Source: Callorhinchus milii
Taxonomy: Eukaryota
Reading direction: 5' to 3'
Length of the DNA: 64,000 nucleotides
NCBI RefSeq assembly: GCF_018977255.1
Contig: NW_024704742.1
Location: forward strand, 87,856,001-87,920,000
Below the pieces are notes generated by a model, which saw only the letters and a program-made list of their open reading frames with translations, did not search any database and was not told the DNA's origin. The translations under genes and the position numbers were made by a program. Position 1 is the stretch's first letter. Every line of letters starts with the position of its first letter. This document shows positions 1-14,183 of the stretch, piece by piece.

Positions 1-2014
1 CAGTTAGCACATCTTGTTTGTGCTGTCTGGTGGCTTCACAGCTGGAGTTTTAGTCTGTAGTTGTAAATAAAATCATCTACAATACATTCGGTGCTTTAGG
101 GGCAATTGTGTCACAAATGGCTGTATCCAATGCATTCCCAGCTCTCTGTATTTATTCATTGCCCTTTTCCTTGATTAACTTGAATGTGAATTAAATCATT
201 GCAATTTGATTATACGTATCTGTCTGTGCCTTTCATCTCTGCATCAGTCGCTAATCTTTGAAGATACTCATTAATTATAAATTCTTATTTAATGCCAATT
301 AAACAATTCTGCAGCACCCAAAATAAGAGGGCTTCAACATGCCAAGACGAGTTTATTATATACTCTTGCGGAAACCCATGGTATTGATGTCACGGTCAAT
401 TAAATCCAGGATTAAATCCAAGTAATTAAATGCTTCCTGTAATCTTGTAGTAATGCATAGTAACACAATTACAAGTAATCAGGTCCCAGGTTTGAAGAAA
501 CTCATGAACACCTCATAGCCTGAAGTGGAGTAGTTTCAAAATCTGAATCTCCAGAATTTAAACCTAATAATAATAGTAATAATCCTTGTATTTGATGTAG
601 CACCTTATCACACTGTTATTATAACATAATATTATATTAATTGTTATGTTATAAGGAATTGTGAGGGATGCCCCAAGAAGGAAGTAAATATAAAATGATG
701 CGCTAGTTTGTAAATTGACAACAAATATTTTGATATTCAACGTTTCTTTAGAAAATGAAAAATCCAGGCCAGTGATTGGATTATAATTTATAATTCGCCT
801 GTATTGGCACAAAGTAAGTTAGAAAGTATAGAATGAGGCTAGATTATTTGGCTCACACAATCCAATGCTTTTGGACTTCAGTATAAGTAATTTATATTGT
901 CATGAATTCTTCCAAAATGCGTTCCCCAGGGAACCAGGCAAAAATCCATAAAAACATTAGTTGATTTTTAAATTCCCACAAACATTCACTTCCTGGTTGT
1001 TTGTGGGACATTCCTGTGCGCAAATTGACTGCTGCAATTGCCTAGAAAATAATCACTTCACTTTACTGTATATCCTGTGCAACGCTTTAAGACGTCCTCC
1101 TGAAGTGAAAGGCTCCATATTGGATGAAATTGAATGAAAACCCCAGAATATCAATATACATGATTTGTCCCTGACTGGTCAGATTCCACAGATGACACAG
1201 TTCTCTTACATAGGAATTAGGAGCAGGAGTAGGCCATTCGGCCCCTCGAGCCTGCTCCTCCTGCCTCTTGCAACAGTCCTCAATATACATTGTGTGCTAA
1301 CACCATTTGTATTTTAAAAATATCGATATGGGTTGAAAAGGATTACATATAATTTCTGCAGTATTTTGTTACATGCATAATAATGCTCTCCTCTCTGCAT
1401 CTTTCACCAAAATAATGTGCCACGGCACAAGGCCCAATACCTTCATGATATACTTAACACAGAAAACAAATCATAGACTGGTAATATCAACCTCTCTTTA
1501 CGTTAATGGCCTGACTGGGCCTCAAAGCTCCTATACTCTCGAATGATCTTTGATTTCACAGCCAAACTGATGTGAATACACTCTAGAACCTCACATTAAC
1601 CTGTTCAGCCTAACTACAACTAAACTACTACTACTAATAATAATCCTTGCATTTGATATAAAGTCTTTTTGCATTGTTGAGATGTCTCAAAGCCCTTCAC
1701 AGAATATACTGTAAAGTGAATTGATTGTATATTTTCTGGGAGAAATGCAGTCGCCAATTGCACACAGCAGTGTCCCACAAATTGTTGTGGACTGAGCGAC
1801 CAAATTATTTTTCTTTTATTCCCTCCGGAAAGTGATCTGCCAATGACTAACAACTGGGTTCCTACTTACAGTAGGAACCCTTACTGCTTCTTCCTCATAC
1901 AGATAGGAACTTATTTCATTCAATAGCACCTTGGAATATTGCTTAAAAAAACATGGCTATACAATAATATGACCGCCCACTTCACCGCATATCCAGGCTC
2001 TGTGAGCCTATCAC

Positions 2015-2402
2015 TCCCATCCTCACTTGGCTCTCCATTCTCCAGCAGATCAAATTCAAGATCGTCCTTCGCGCACCAAATCCCTGCACTGCCTCACCCT
2101 ACTTCTAGCTCTACCGCCTCTTGTAGACCAAACAACCCAGCTGTTCTCATTGCTCAGCAAACTCATCTTGCTTCATGTCCTATTTCCAAATTTCTGCCCT
2201 GCTCTCCTGAACTCCATTCCGGAGACCCTGACTCACCTCCTCCTCTCCCCACCACTATCAAACTCCACATCAAGACTTGCCTCTTTGACCACACTTTCAG
2301 TCATCTGCCAACTCCCCCTAAGGGTTGACTACCCAGCCAGCTGTGTAAAGCTCTTTGAGATACATGTTTTACTGACGTAAAAGCCGCTATATAAATGTAA
2401 AT
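2015..2402 (+). mobile_element. L2 LINE 3' fragment
   Basis: Degenerate LHWLP..RIKFKI...LF ORF2 C-terminus plus GCGCTATATAAATG-type tail. Confidence 0.7.
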
Positions 2403-2989
2403 TGTATAAGCCCTTGTTCCAAGCTCCACTATTTGGTTTCTAACTTTGGCAGCGAGCAATGTAAAAAAAAGTGTAAATCAGTATATATGATTTATATGTT
2501 GGGTTCCTTTGATGTTTTATTGTTCCTTGCTTCACTACCGTCTGTTACCTCTTCAGAGTAGCTCGTTCAGATGCATCACTTATGCATGAAAGCTTCAAAG
2601 TAATGCTCTAAGGCTGAGTCACCAAAACCATGGTAGTTTCAGCTCATTGCAACCTACCTTAGGGTGATTGCATCTTATCCTCAACAGATGGCAGCTCCTA
2701 AATTTATATTTACATTAATTATTATGGATCCTTCCAGTTATTCTTCTATCATCACGGACACACCACCCCCTCCCTCCTTCCCTCCCTCCGTCCGACCAAT
2801 CTGTATTGTCTATTGCAACAAGAGTTTTCAAATTTCAAAGCCAATGTAACCTTACAGTCTGTCACCACTATAATAATGCTGAAGTCTAATTGCTCTGGTC
2901 ACAAAGAGATACTGCATTCTGTTTTGGCACTGAAACGCTCATTACTCCCAGGTTAGATTGTAAATCAAATACTATCAATAATCATAAAA

Positions 2990-3460
2990 ATTCTTGCATT
3001 TGATATAGTGCCTTTTCACATCATTTAGATATCTCAGAGCTTCACGGCAATTCCTGGAAAGAGCAGCAGCCAATTTGCGCTCAGTTTCTCACAGGATTTA
3101 CGATAAAGTGTACTTTGCATTTGTAGGTGAACATGGCAGCCAATTTACACACAGCAATGTCCGACAAAAAGCCATGAAGCACGTGATCAATCTTGGTTGG
3201 GGGATTGTTGGCCGGGCCATCGGGAATAACTCTTCACATTTTGACTAGTGCCATGGAATCTTTAACATTCACCTGAACTGGCAGACAGGACCTCGGTTTA
3301 ATATCTCATCTGGAGGACGGCATCTCCAACAATGTCGCACACCCCTAGCACCGCATTGAGTATCAGCCTAGCAGAGGGGAGTTCCAAGTTCTGAAGTGGG
3401 GCTTGGACCCACAACCTTCCAACTCTGAGGTGAGAGCGCTACCAACTGAGCCAGGATGAC
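2990..3460 (-). mobile_element. Older Deu-domain SINE (SacSINE1/AmnSINE-like)
   Basis: GCTCAGTTGGTAGC...GAAGGTTGTGGGT head; CAGATGAGATATTAAACCGAGG...CATGGCACT central domain; similar copies at about 8565-8975(-), 21770-22050(+), 34850-35255(-), 37297-37556(-), 54400-54650(+), 59070-59330(+). Family name from recall. Confidence 0.7.
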
Positions 3461-4158
3461 ACAAACATGAAGAGTCTGGACCATATGCATGTTCCACGTA
3501 TTGGCGTGAATGAATTGTGCCACTCCGTTTGTTACAAGTAAATGGCTGGAAATCCTGATACAAGTTGAAATTATGTCTTACACCAACATATATGGAGTGT
3601 AAAGGATTGCCACGCTAGACTCAGTAGGCTGGATTATCAACAGCACAATGCCTTGTATTTATAGTGCCTTCATGTAGGATAATGTCTGAGCTCTTCTCAG
3701 TGATGAGGTTGGACGCAACCTCATTTGTTCCTATTCCAAGGGCGAATACCATGGAGAGAGGCGGTACGACCCTCAGCTGTTATCTATTTTTAGTATTATG
3801 CTTTAGTTTATGGCAGCTCAGATACCAGCACGGAAAGGTGTTTGGATATATACTTGAAAAGAAAAAAAGGCGGGAGGTGATGAAAGCATGGACAGGGTTT
3901 TTTTTCGGCATCTTTAGGAGTGCGATATGGACGGAGGCACTCCTATATCAAATGCAAGGATTATTATTATTAATTCATAATAATCTGTGCAGGCAGTATC
4001 ATCAAAACATTTCACAGCACTTCAAAGGATTTACTGCCAAGTGTTGTGACTGGATTTGTAGCCAAACATGGCAACCAATTTGCTCACCTCAATGTCCTGC
4101 AAGCAGCTATGAAACTTCCCTCTCTCTCTCTGAGAGCTGAAACATCTGTGTGTTTTGT

Positions 4159-4530
4159 GTAGTCCTGTAGCAGTGCTTGAAGCACTCCCCTGGCAAGTGA
4201 GAGGACCTGGGTTTGATTCCCAGGACAGGGCGAAACCTTAGGCAAGTTTCCTTACTCCACACACACACACACACATGCCTGTTTACCAGCAGTATGTAGG
4301 AACCCGCTTGTTAGTCAATCGGCGGATCGGTTTCTGGGGGTAATAAGCCCTTCAAAATAATAATAATGTGGTCACTCAATCCACGACTGTTTGTGGGACG
4401 TCGCTGTGCGCAATTGGCTATTGTGTTTCGCCCAAAAAACAGTCAGTACACTTTACTTGTATTCTGTGAAGCGCTTTGAGACGTCTTGAAGATGTGATAA
4501 GGCGCTGTGGAAACTGCAAGGATTATTTTT
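4159..4530 (+). mobile_element. tRNA-derived SINE, long subfamily (extra GCCTGTTTACC...GGATCG...GGGGTAATAA segment)
   Basis: Shares head, core and tail with the short subfamily; related copies at about 28458-28748(-), 33155-33478(+), 41219-41568(+), 41785-42058(-), 53421-53801(-), 55252-55497(-), 60858-61190(-). Confidence 0.8.
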
Positions 4531-4704
4531 GACCAATTTTACCTAGGGGATTGTTGCCTAGAATGGGATCGTTAACGTCAGTCTGAACAGGAAACAAGAT
4601 CTCAGCACCTCCAACGAGATTCTCCCCCAGCACTGCCAGCCTGGAACATGAATGGTGGCTGTACCTTCAGCCACTGTGCCCCGAACCTCTGGAATCTCTT
4701 CCTC

Positions 4705-5024
4705 AATAATAATAATAATCCTTGCATTTGATATAGCGCTTTTCACGTCGGGAGGACGTCCCAAAGCGCTTCACAGAACACACTGTAAAGTGAATTGACT
4801 GTATATTTGTGGGCGAACGCGGCAGCCAATTGTGCACAGCAATGTCCCACAAACAGTCGTAGATTGAAAATGACCAATTTATTATTGNTTTTGGTTTTGG
4901 AGGGATTATTATTAGGCTCTATGTGGAGTAAGGAAACTTGCCCAAGGTTTTGCCCTGCCGGGAATTGAACTCAGGTCTCTCACTTGCAAAGCGAGTGCTC
5001 TAACCACTGAGCTACAGGACTCCA
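4705..5024 (-). mobile_element. Young tRNA-derived Deu-type SINE (short subfamily), inserted into an L2 fragment
   Basis: Head GGAGTCCTGTAGCTCAGTGGTTAGAGCA (A box)...GTTCAATTCC (B box); core GTTTGTGGGACATTGCTGTG; L2-like tail ending in (ATT)n; near-identical to copies at 19018, 42550 and 61197. Confidence 0.9.
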
Positions 5025-5432
5025 GCCTCTGCCTTGCCCCCTCCCTCCACACCTTCGTTTTTGATGGTGTCAGATTCTCCTCCAGTCGAGCACTCTGGGA
5101 TGTTATCTGCTTGAAGGCTCTATATAAATGCAGGTTGTTGTTAAATTCTACATTCTGACGTGTGGGGTTTGAACCTATAGTCTTCTGCGTCACAGCCGGG
5201 GGGAGTGGACTCACTATAAATAATAAATGAAAGCTTTGATGATAAATTAATACTGTGTATTGTTCCCTCGCTGAAGCCAGTGAAATTAATGAGTTCAGAT
5301 CAATGTAAGATTCTATTTCTGCTTGAGAAAGAATTGAAGAGGAAAAAAGCAATAAAAGTATAGTCAACATAGAAGGCATTAGTAAAGAATTGCAAATTCT
5401 TTTGCAGTTCAGATCAAGTGAGAAATACATAA

Positions 5433-5438
5433 TTTATT
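5433..5438 (-). terminator. Candidate PUM3 polyadenylation signal AATAAA
   Basis: tttatt on + strand about 260 nt downstream of the PUM3 stop codon. Confidence 0.6.
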
Positions 5439-5699
5439 GCATAAAAACAAAAACTTCCTCCAGGTTTACTTACTAACATTAACGCCAGTTTCAGCCTTCA
5501 CACCCCCTTCCCCTTAATAATCGCCTGCTGCGATGGCAGATTCCTCAATTAAATGTATTTGGGAGCTGGTGCTTGAAGCATCTGAACGTATAGGACAGTT
5601 GGTTAGTAATAAAACATCAATTAATTATTTGGACAGCTGACTGAAGCCCTGTGCCTGTAGTTTCCTCAGGTGCAGCAGGGTCACACTCCTTTGATTCAC

Positions 5700-5829
5700 T
5701 TAAGCAGTCAACTTTTCTAACAACATTTCCACGCCCTTCAAACTCTTTGTCTTCTGGAGCTTTGGAACAAGACTCTTGAGACCTTTTTTCATTGTGTTGG
5801 CGACATCCTCGTCTTTACTCTGAAGGAGG
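5700..5829 (-). CDS. PUM3: PUM3 exon 18 (last coding): (C)LLQSKDEDVANTMKKGLKSLVPKLQKTKSLKGVEMLLEKLTA*
   Basis: tttttaaag acceptor, phase 2, TAA at 5702-5700. Confidence 0.95.
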
Positions 5830-8361
5830 CTTTAAAAAGAAAAAGGAAATGTATTAGGTCTTGCATTGACTAACTGCAAGTGCTTGGTAGAGTCCAGCAC
5901 TAGGAGTCAACCTTTGGGTTTCCATTGAGAAATTGGTTACATACCAATTGTTAAACTACATTTAATGTTGCTTGAATGATTTCATATCTAAGAGGTACAA
6001 CTATACAAGAATTATTGGGCCTGTGTATGCGTGTGGGGAGGAGGGAGAATAAAGAGAAGGAACATTGTTAAAATAATTTGGTTACAAGAAACAGCAATAC
6101 ATGATCAAATAAAAGCAATATACCCTGAACTCGGAATATTCTTCAGAAATTTACAGAACAGAATGTCATTCGGCCCATTGTGCCATCCTCTTTGAAAGAA
6201 TCTTTTCAGGCCTATTTACCTGCCTTTATTCCTGCAATTTATTCCTTGAATAGTTACATGGAAAAAAGGATACACTTCATGGTACGCTGAAAGGCCATAA
6301 TGAGCTTTCAAAACTATTCGGTTTCCGTGGGTCTGAAACTTGATGCCTTGGGTTTCTTTTTCATCCATTTTGATACCATCAAAGAAACAAAACTTACCAA
6401 CAAGCCAATACTTCTGCATGCATACAGTTGTCAGATTTTTTTTATAAACAGAAACCAATAAGGGCAACATATGCAAGGGCATATACTACCCACAACGTCA
6501 AGAGTCCACTGTACAGTGTTAAATCTGTTTTGCTTCACTGCATGGTTTTGTAAGCTTTGCCAAAACAGCTTTGCACTTCAAATTGTGTATTTTTCACTTT
6601 CCCAAATTCCCCCAGATAACATTCATCAGTCATTTCACAGCTGTTTGTGGGACAATTGCCGTGTGCAAAATTAGCTGCCGGGTTCACCTGCAAAATGCAG
6701 TCACTCCACTTCACAATCAATCCTGTGAAGCACTTTGGACGTCCTCACAATGTGAAAGTAAGATGACATCAAATGTAAGAATTATTAGTATTATATAAAC
6801 TTTTTTCCTCTGCCACTCTCTCCCACTTAAATTCACTATTTAAATTGGGACACCTCCCTGACATGAAAGGCGTCAAATATAATTTTGTGTTGTATTGCTG
6901 TGCTCACTCCCTCTGATCTACTGCACGTACCCCACCCTTTCTGTGCCACTATCAGTAGATGAGCCTTCGTCGCCCCTAAGATTGGAAATTCCCTGTCTCT
7001 ACCCCTCACAGGTGCTACATAAACACAAGTTGTGGATCTGAGGGATACTGAGCAGCCATGATAGCAGAAGGTCGGGGATTAAAGGAGTTAAACAAAATGC
7101 GGTCACCATATGTTCAATTCACAGACCAGTGCAATTAATGTATGGTTAAGGTAGTTTCACTGTCTTAAAATAGCGTACTGGAATAAAACTGGCTGGTTTT
7201 AGATTGATGCAGCACATATAAATCCAGTTCTTATTGCTGCTTACAGTGTTGCTAAGGATTACAAGCGGGTAAAGTATGCAGCTCAGGAAGGAAAGGAATT
7301 AATCTGAAGCTTGTGGCCTGATTAAAATCTACTGCTCTCTCTGGCTATAATTGAGAATGACCTTAAACAGTGACCTATCGAGATGCAAAGGAAAACATCG
7401 AGATTTGGCTTCTGTTTCTCTCTCTCTACAATTCACCAATAAATAGATAAGAAAATTACCTTTTGATCAGCATAAGTAAAGCTGAAATTGCATAGAATTT
7501 TATATCACAGAAGTCCGCGTGGCCTATCATGTCTGTGCTGGTTCTTTGACACAGCAATCCAATCAGTGCCATTTAACTGCCATTTCACAATTTCATTGCA
7601 AATTGCATCAGGAAGCTTTTAATTACTCCAGAGGTTTAGAGCCTTATCACTTTATTGAGACGTCTCAAAGCGCTTCACAGAATATACTGTAAAATTAATT
7701 GACTATATATTGTGGGCAAAACGCAGCAATCAATTGCACACAGCAGTGTCCCACAAACAGTTGTGGATTGAATGACCAAATAATAATTTTTTTGTCGGTG
7801 ATTATTGGTATTAACAACTATTTACATTTATACAGTGTCTTTCATGTATAATAGCAACTTGGAGCGCGGGACAGTGGTGGGGGTTGGATACTGTGCAAGG
7901 GAGAAGGGGGACGTGACCATTGACATGGCCAAAGAGTTAAGTCTTAAAATGGGATTTAAAGAGAGTGCGAAGTGGAGGGATTGAGGCAGGGAGTTCCAGA
8001 GGTTAGTGCTATAGTGGCTGCAACCGATGGTGGTGTGGGAAGAGAATGGGGGAATATTTAATCTGTAATTGTTTAGTGCAAATTAAGATGACGGACTGGA
8101 CCTCAGGCCAATTATTCCTAGTTTAAGTGTTCTAGGAGGCTACCCCGCGCAAGTTGTTGCTGTTCTGGGTACGTTTTGTGCTGTATTTATTCAAACACTT
8201 AAACGTTTCTGAAATGTAATAAAACTAGAAAATCTACTACCAGTGTAAAAACAATTGAAAAGGCCCAGTGAGGATGCTGTATGAGCAGAACTATTAAAGA
8301 CTCAGAGAAAGTAAAGTTGCAATATACTGAGTTAGGTGAAATAGTATTCTTTCTTACTCAC

Positions 8362-8452
8362 CAGCAAAGGACAATGGCTCCACGGTTTACTTGTGCCCAG
8401 GTCTTTAGATTCTCAATCCCGACACACTCTACCAAGGTCCTCGCAAAGCATT
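8362..8452 (-). CDS. PUM3: PUM3 exon 17: (E)CFARTLVECVGIENLKTWAQVNRGAIVLC
   Basis: tttgcag acceptor, GTGAGT donor, 91 nt, phase 1->2. Confidence 0.95.
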
Positions 8453-10959
8453 CTGCAAAACAGATTCAAGAAACTATCACCCAATTGATTCTGAATTTTC
8501 TCCCACAATACAACAGAAAAGGAAGGAATTATCATAATTCATCATTCACTCAAGTATAAAATAATAATCCTTGCATTTGGTATATTGCACGTGATTACAT
8601 CTTCAAAATGTCTCAAAGTGCTTCACAGGATTTACTGTAAAGTGTAGTGACTATACATTTGAAGGCAATCATGGCAGTCAATTTGTGCACAGCCATGAAG
8701 TGAAAGATCAATTTTATTATTGGAGGGACTGCTGGCAAGGATATCAGGAGAAACTCCCTTTTCGTTTTGAATAGTGCCATGGGATGTTTAACATCCACCT
8801 GAACAGGCAGACTGGACATGTTTAAATCTCATCTGAAGGAAGGAACTCTGACAACGTGGCACTCACCCAACACTGCATTGGAGTGTCAGCCTGGACGATG
8901 AGCTCAGTCATGTCATTCTGAACCCGCAACCTGACTCAGAGACGAGAATCCTACCAACTGAGTAAGGTTCACACCAAATGTTACACTCTGCAGGCTTTGG
9001 ATCCAACCATTGATAATTGTCTGGATTCAACCGCAAATTTTCAAGGATTCAATCACATATGAAATAATTTTCATCCCTTATTATGAGTTTCTAGCTGTAA
9101 CATAGTTTGATGAAATAGAGAAGTGCCTTATTAGTAATTCAAAGACTCTGCCTAATTCAAGGATTCAGCTGCCTACACCCTCTCCTTATGCCATGAGCCT
9201 GACCTGAAACGGTATATACACACCTTGGAAAATAAACAATTAGTGTATTCATCCAGATTCCAGACAAACTAGTTTCTAATGCTCCTCAAGGGTGCATTCT
9301 ATTGCTTTTCATACAATACACGATCAGCGCTCAGGTTTTACTTCAAGTGAATACTCAAATGGATTTCATACTGTTCATACTACTGCAAACGAGCTGGTTG
9401 ACTAAAACTCTTTCCCTGTTCATTCAATCTGAATACAGCTGCAACAGTGTAAAAGATGTCCCTTTTCTTCTGCATTGAAGCTAAATATAACTTTCCAAAC
9501 TAGCTGAAACAAGGCATGATTATTTATCAAAGGCAACTTTTATAAAACGTTAAATGCAACAGAGACAAGTAACAGCACTAACTTGAGCAGTAAAATTCTC
9601 TCATTTTGGCCACTTGCCACAAGATACAAATGCCTACATGTCAAGAATGTTAGTTTGGATTATAAAACAGAGATTCACAACGATCTAAAGATATGTAAGT
9701 GAAAGAAAGCAATGGCAGTCACAGTTCAACAGAAAGATTGATACGTCGCTGTTTAACACGGATTTAACACCGTCGAAAAGGATAGTTTAACCTCTCATCA
9801 CACCCAGGATCCAGTACCACAGGGCAAGCCCAATCTATGATAACATTTCCTCTCCACCCTCCTTATTCCCATGTTAACAACAACTGATATCACAAGCAAA
9901 TAGTAAGAGAAACATTTGGCTACGTAACGAAGTACAAGCCAGAGAGAATAAAGAGAAATTTATTTCTCTTCTTCTTCCACCAGCTCTCAATAGAACATAA
10001 TGTGCTAAAACGTTAAGTCCATATCTCATTTCCTCCCCCTTTTTCATAAAGCCCAATTTTGGCAATGAATGTGCACTGAAGCTTACCAAACTGGATAAGG
10101 AGCTAAATGGGAGTTTCCCTTGTAAATAAAATGTTTTCTGCACTTCTAAATTCACCTTTTGATTTCATGACCAAATCTGTGACTAAACACTTCACATTTA
10201 TATAGCACCTTTCAGTTCGGGAGGACATCACAAAGCGCTACACACAGCTGACTGGGCACCCGAGCTGGAGGGGGTGGGGGTAAAAAGATGACCAAAAGCG
10301 TAGTTGAAAAGATAGATCTTAAGGCGGGTTTTAAAAATGGGGACAGAGGGTTTGTGGTCCGTATGTTTCTGTACTTCACAGCCTTACCTATGTGACCTAC
10401 TAACCCCTTATCAACCTGTCCGCTCCCTCCCCGACTCACCCTACCATCAGCAGTCGGGTCTTCAGCCTTTTCACCCCCACCCTTTGGAACTCCATCCCAC
10501 ATTCCCTTTGCCTCCTCTTCGACCACCCCCCTACCTACAGCCTTCCACCCTCGCTTACCTCTCGGATCCAAATACCTGACTGTCCAGTGCCTTGGGACAT
10601 CCCACCGATGTGAAAGGCACAAATGTAATTTTATATTGTACTCAGTTTTAGAGCAGGTTGAAGGACGACTCCTCCCAGGTTTCTCTTGAAGTCAGAATTT
10701 TGCTGCTTCTAAGAGGTGCACAAAAGTGATCCAAGGTCTATCTCCCTCCCTCCTTCTAAGCTCCCTGGGCTCCATGTTGAGATCAGGAACTCTTGGTGAA
10801 CATCTGCAGGTATGAAGCCTTATCCCACCAGCCCAATGCACACTTAGCCAGCAACACACAGTGCCACTGAGACAGAAAGGCAGCCTAAGTTTTTTCCAAC
10901 AACGTTTCAACAAGCTTTGAGAAACATATGTTATTACTGATTTATGCAATCTCCCCTAC

Positions 10960-11047
10960 CTGGTTTTCCAAGTTCCTTCAACTTCCCATCCTGTTCTATT
11001 AACCATTTAAGAACCAGGTGGCCTGCAGGGTGCTCTGCCATGTGAAG
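10960..11047 (-). CDS. PUM3: PUM3 exon 16: LHMAEHPAGHLVLKWLIEQDGKLKELGKP
   Basis: atttag acceptor, GTAGGG donor, 88 nt, phase 0->1. Confidence 0.95.
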
Positions 11048-12826
11048 CTAAATGTAGAGAAAGGAAAACGTCACATTTCTAAATAATACTTGCATTTGAT
11101 ATAACCCCTTATCATGTTGTTGAGACGTCTCAAAGCACATCACAGAATATATTGTAAAATGGATTGACTGTGTATTGTGTATGACACAATCACTGTGTAA
11201 ATGATTGTGTATTTTGTGGACGAAATTTTGTTCTACAACCATTGTACAAGTCAAGCAAACATGCCATTCAGTATTTATGTTATGCAAAATTATAAACAGG
11301 CAGAAGAATAGAGCTCTTTGGAATTCTCTCCCCAAATCCTAGCATTTCACAGCACAGGAGGAGGATGTTTTGCCAATTGTGCCTGAGCTGTTTGAAATCC
11401 ATTTAAGTCCTCTATAATCAGTGCTCAAAAGTCAGTTCTATGAGGGAGCTGGAGAGAGATTAACAAATGAAAAAACATCAAAATTACTCCAAGAGAGAAG
11501 GGGAGAAAAATCTTTCTCTGAATGAATAATAATCCTTGCATTTGATATATTGTTTTATCACATTGTTGAGACGTCTCAAAACGCTTCACAGAATATATTG
11601 TAAAGTCTGTGTATTTTGTGTCAGCCAATTGCACATAGCAGTGTCCCACAAACAGCCGTGGATTGAATTACTAATATTTGTTTTGATGACTCAAAGCGCT
11701 TCACAGGATGTACTGTAAAGTGCAGCAACTATGTATTTTGTGGGCGACAATGTCCCATAAACAACTATAAAGTCAATGAACAATTTTATTTACCTCTAAG
11801 ACATCGTGAGTAATTTGATGGAATGAAATTGTGTCATATAATCGGAAAGGTCAATCCATTAATACGGAGCATAAGAACCTCAGTGTATAAGGGCAGATCG
11901 AGTTCATGAAAGATATTCCTGGGCAGAATTTAAACCTGGAGCAGTAATAATCTTTAAACATATCTCTTGGTCTTGTAAGGTTAATATATTTGAATAAATC
12001 TGTTTCGATCCAAATTTAAAATACAACGACATCAAGAATCAGTAGGAGAGGTTTAAATGGAACATTGTAACCCTGATTAGGAGACAATGTATTCCCAAAT
12101 TTTGCATTTGATTTTGCACTTTTAATACTAAAACATCTTGAAGTGCTTCAAAGGAAATTACTGCCAAGTGTAGTGATTGCTTTTGAAGGCCAACGTTACT
12201 GTCAGTCTGCATACAGCAGTCTCATGAAGTGGCCAGGATGTCGGGAGAAAGTTCCTTTTTTTTTGCCATAGGATCTTTAATGTCCATCTGAACAGGCAGA
12301 CTGGACTTTGGATTAACATCTCTTTTGAAGAACAGCATCTCCAACAATTAACTACTCCCCAGTACTGCCTTGGAGCGTCAACAAAAGCAAATTACATTTG
12401 TATAGCGCCTTTTGCGTCGGGAGGATGTCCCAAGGCGCTGGACAGTCAAGGATTTGGACCCGAGCTGGGGGTTGGGATCAGGAGGGGTGGATGGCACGGA
12501 AGGTAGGGTATGGAACTTCAAGGAAGCAAGTGGGAGGGACTGTAGGATAGAGTTCCAAAGTGTGAGGGCAGAAAGAAGGCCCACCCTCCGATAGTGAGGC
12601 GGGCAGGTCAGGGGACATGAAGCAGACCAGAGCCTACTAAGCGGAAAGCAAGAGCAGATTGGTATGGAGATAGCAGGTCAGAGACAAGGAGGAGCTGTTC
12701 AGATGGACAGTGAAGGGTCAGCCTAGGCTGTGAGCTCAAGTCCTAATGTGGAGCTTGAACCCACAAGTTGCTAACCAGAGAGAAGAGTGAACCAAGCCAA
12801 GAGATAAACTAGACTCTACACATTAC

Positions 12827-13049
12827 CTTGCCTTCCTGACCTCCAGGAACAAATGTTTCTGCAGCAACGTTAGCTATAGCCTTGATCACAGGTTGCACAT
12901 CACCAAGAGCACAGCCCAGAATATCTGCTACGATGACACTGGTTGCATTGTTCATCACCACTTCACGAGCATTCTCCTGCAGGTATTCCAGTAAAGCTGG
13001 TGAAATGGCCTCCAGCAGCTCATGCCGGCGGACTTCTGCATCCTTCTTA
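12827..13049 (-). CDS. PUM3: PUM3 exon 15: (S)KKDAEVRRHELLEAISPALL...FVPGGQEGK
   Basis: Within ORF 12809..13120; actag acceptor, GTAATG donor, 223 nt, phase 2->0. Confidence 0.96.
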
Positions 13050-14183
13050 CTAGTGTAACAAAATAAATACACTATGAGAGACGCTGCAGTTATTTCTACC
13101 CTGTGCCTCAAATAAAACACACCTACAAATTTTATTACATTCTTTGGTGTCAGCCAGCTCAGTTAGCGGCACTCTCGCCTCAGAGTCAGACGGTTACGGG
13201 TGAAAGCCCCGTATCAAAACTTGGAGGTCATAAGAGTCTAAAGAGCACTGCATTGTTGGAATTGCAGTCCTTCGGATAACACATTAAACCGAGTGCAAGT
13301 CAAAGTCCTAACATGGAGCTTGACCCCACAACCTTATGATTCAAAGTCGAGAGCACTACCAACTGAGCCGGGTTGACACATCCCTTAGGCTGAAAAATAG
13401 AAAAATATAAAAAAAACAATACAAATAATCTGAGGATTCACTTGACAATTATTAAATAGACTATTTCTCAAGATTTTATCAATGGAAACATCAAAATATT
13501 CAGAAATAATTCACAATAAATGAAAGGTTCCAGATATTAAAATATACAGTGTTTGCTTTTGCAGAAGCTGCAATTTTTAATTTGCTCTTACTAACTAAAC
13601 ACCAACATAAAATAGCAAACCAATGTGATATCTGAATTAAATTACACCGGCAAATTTCAGAATTGCCATGGTTTCATCCTATTATGACTCGAAGATCTTA
13701 CAAATCTTTGTATTTAATACACAGTAACCTTATTTTAATGCGATGTTTTGGACCCAAACAATTAAGACAACCGGTCCCAATAACTGCTTCTGGGTCGTCA
13801 GGTGCTCCTAATATTCCTTCCTGTGAGACGCACACTTCCTTTACAAAGTAACATCAGCTGTGCTTCCTTCACATAGCAAGTAATGCACAGGAAGTGATCT
13901 CAGCAGAGCCCAGACAACTTTGAAGGTGGCCATTTTTAGTATTGGAAGTTGGGAGTACTGTGCCTCCAGGGAAGTGTGCAGTGCAGACAACTGTAGGCAA
14001 ACCTGAATTCAGCCAAAGCACATTCAAACGGGGGCAGGGGTGTCTGCACATGCACAATCCTCAAGTTAAATGATCGTTTCAAAACAGTTCCATTAAAACT
14101 AAGAGAAAATCCTGAGATTGAAGATCAGAAGTACTTGTCCCTCGTTTGCTGCCACAAGAAATATAACGAATACCCACCCTTAC

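Noticed and set aside
1..2000. Possible KCNV2 terminal exon expected from synteny
   Set aside because: No potassium-channel coding sequence is recognisable; untranslated sequence cannot be assigned.
13740..13840. H/ACA snoRNA-like hairpin ending in ACA in PUM3 intron 14
   Set aside because: The 3' hairpin is plausible, but there is no ANANNA H box between the hairpins and I could not identify a target.
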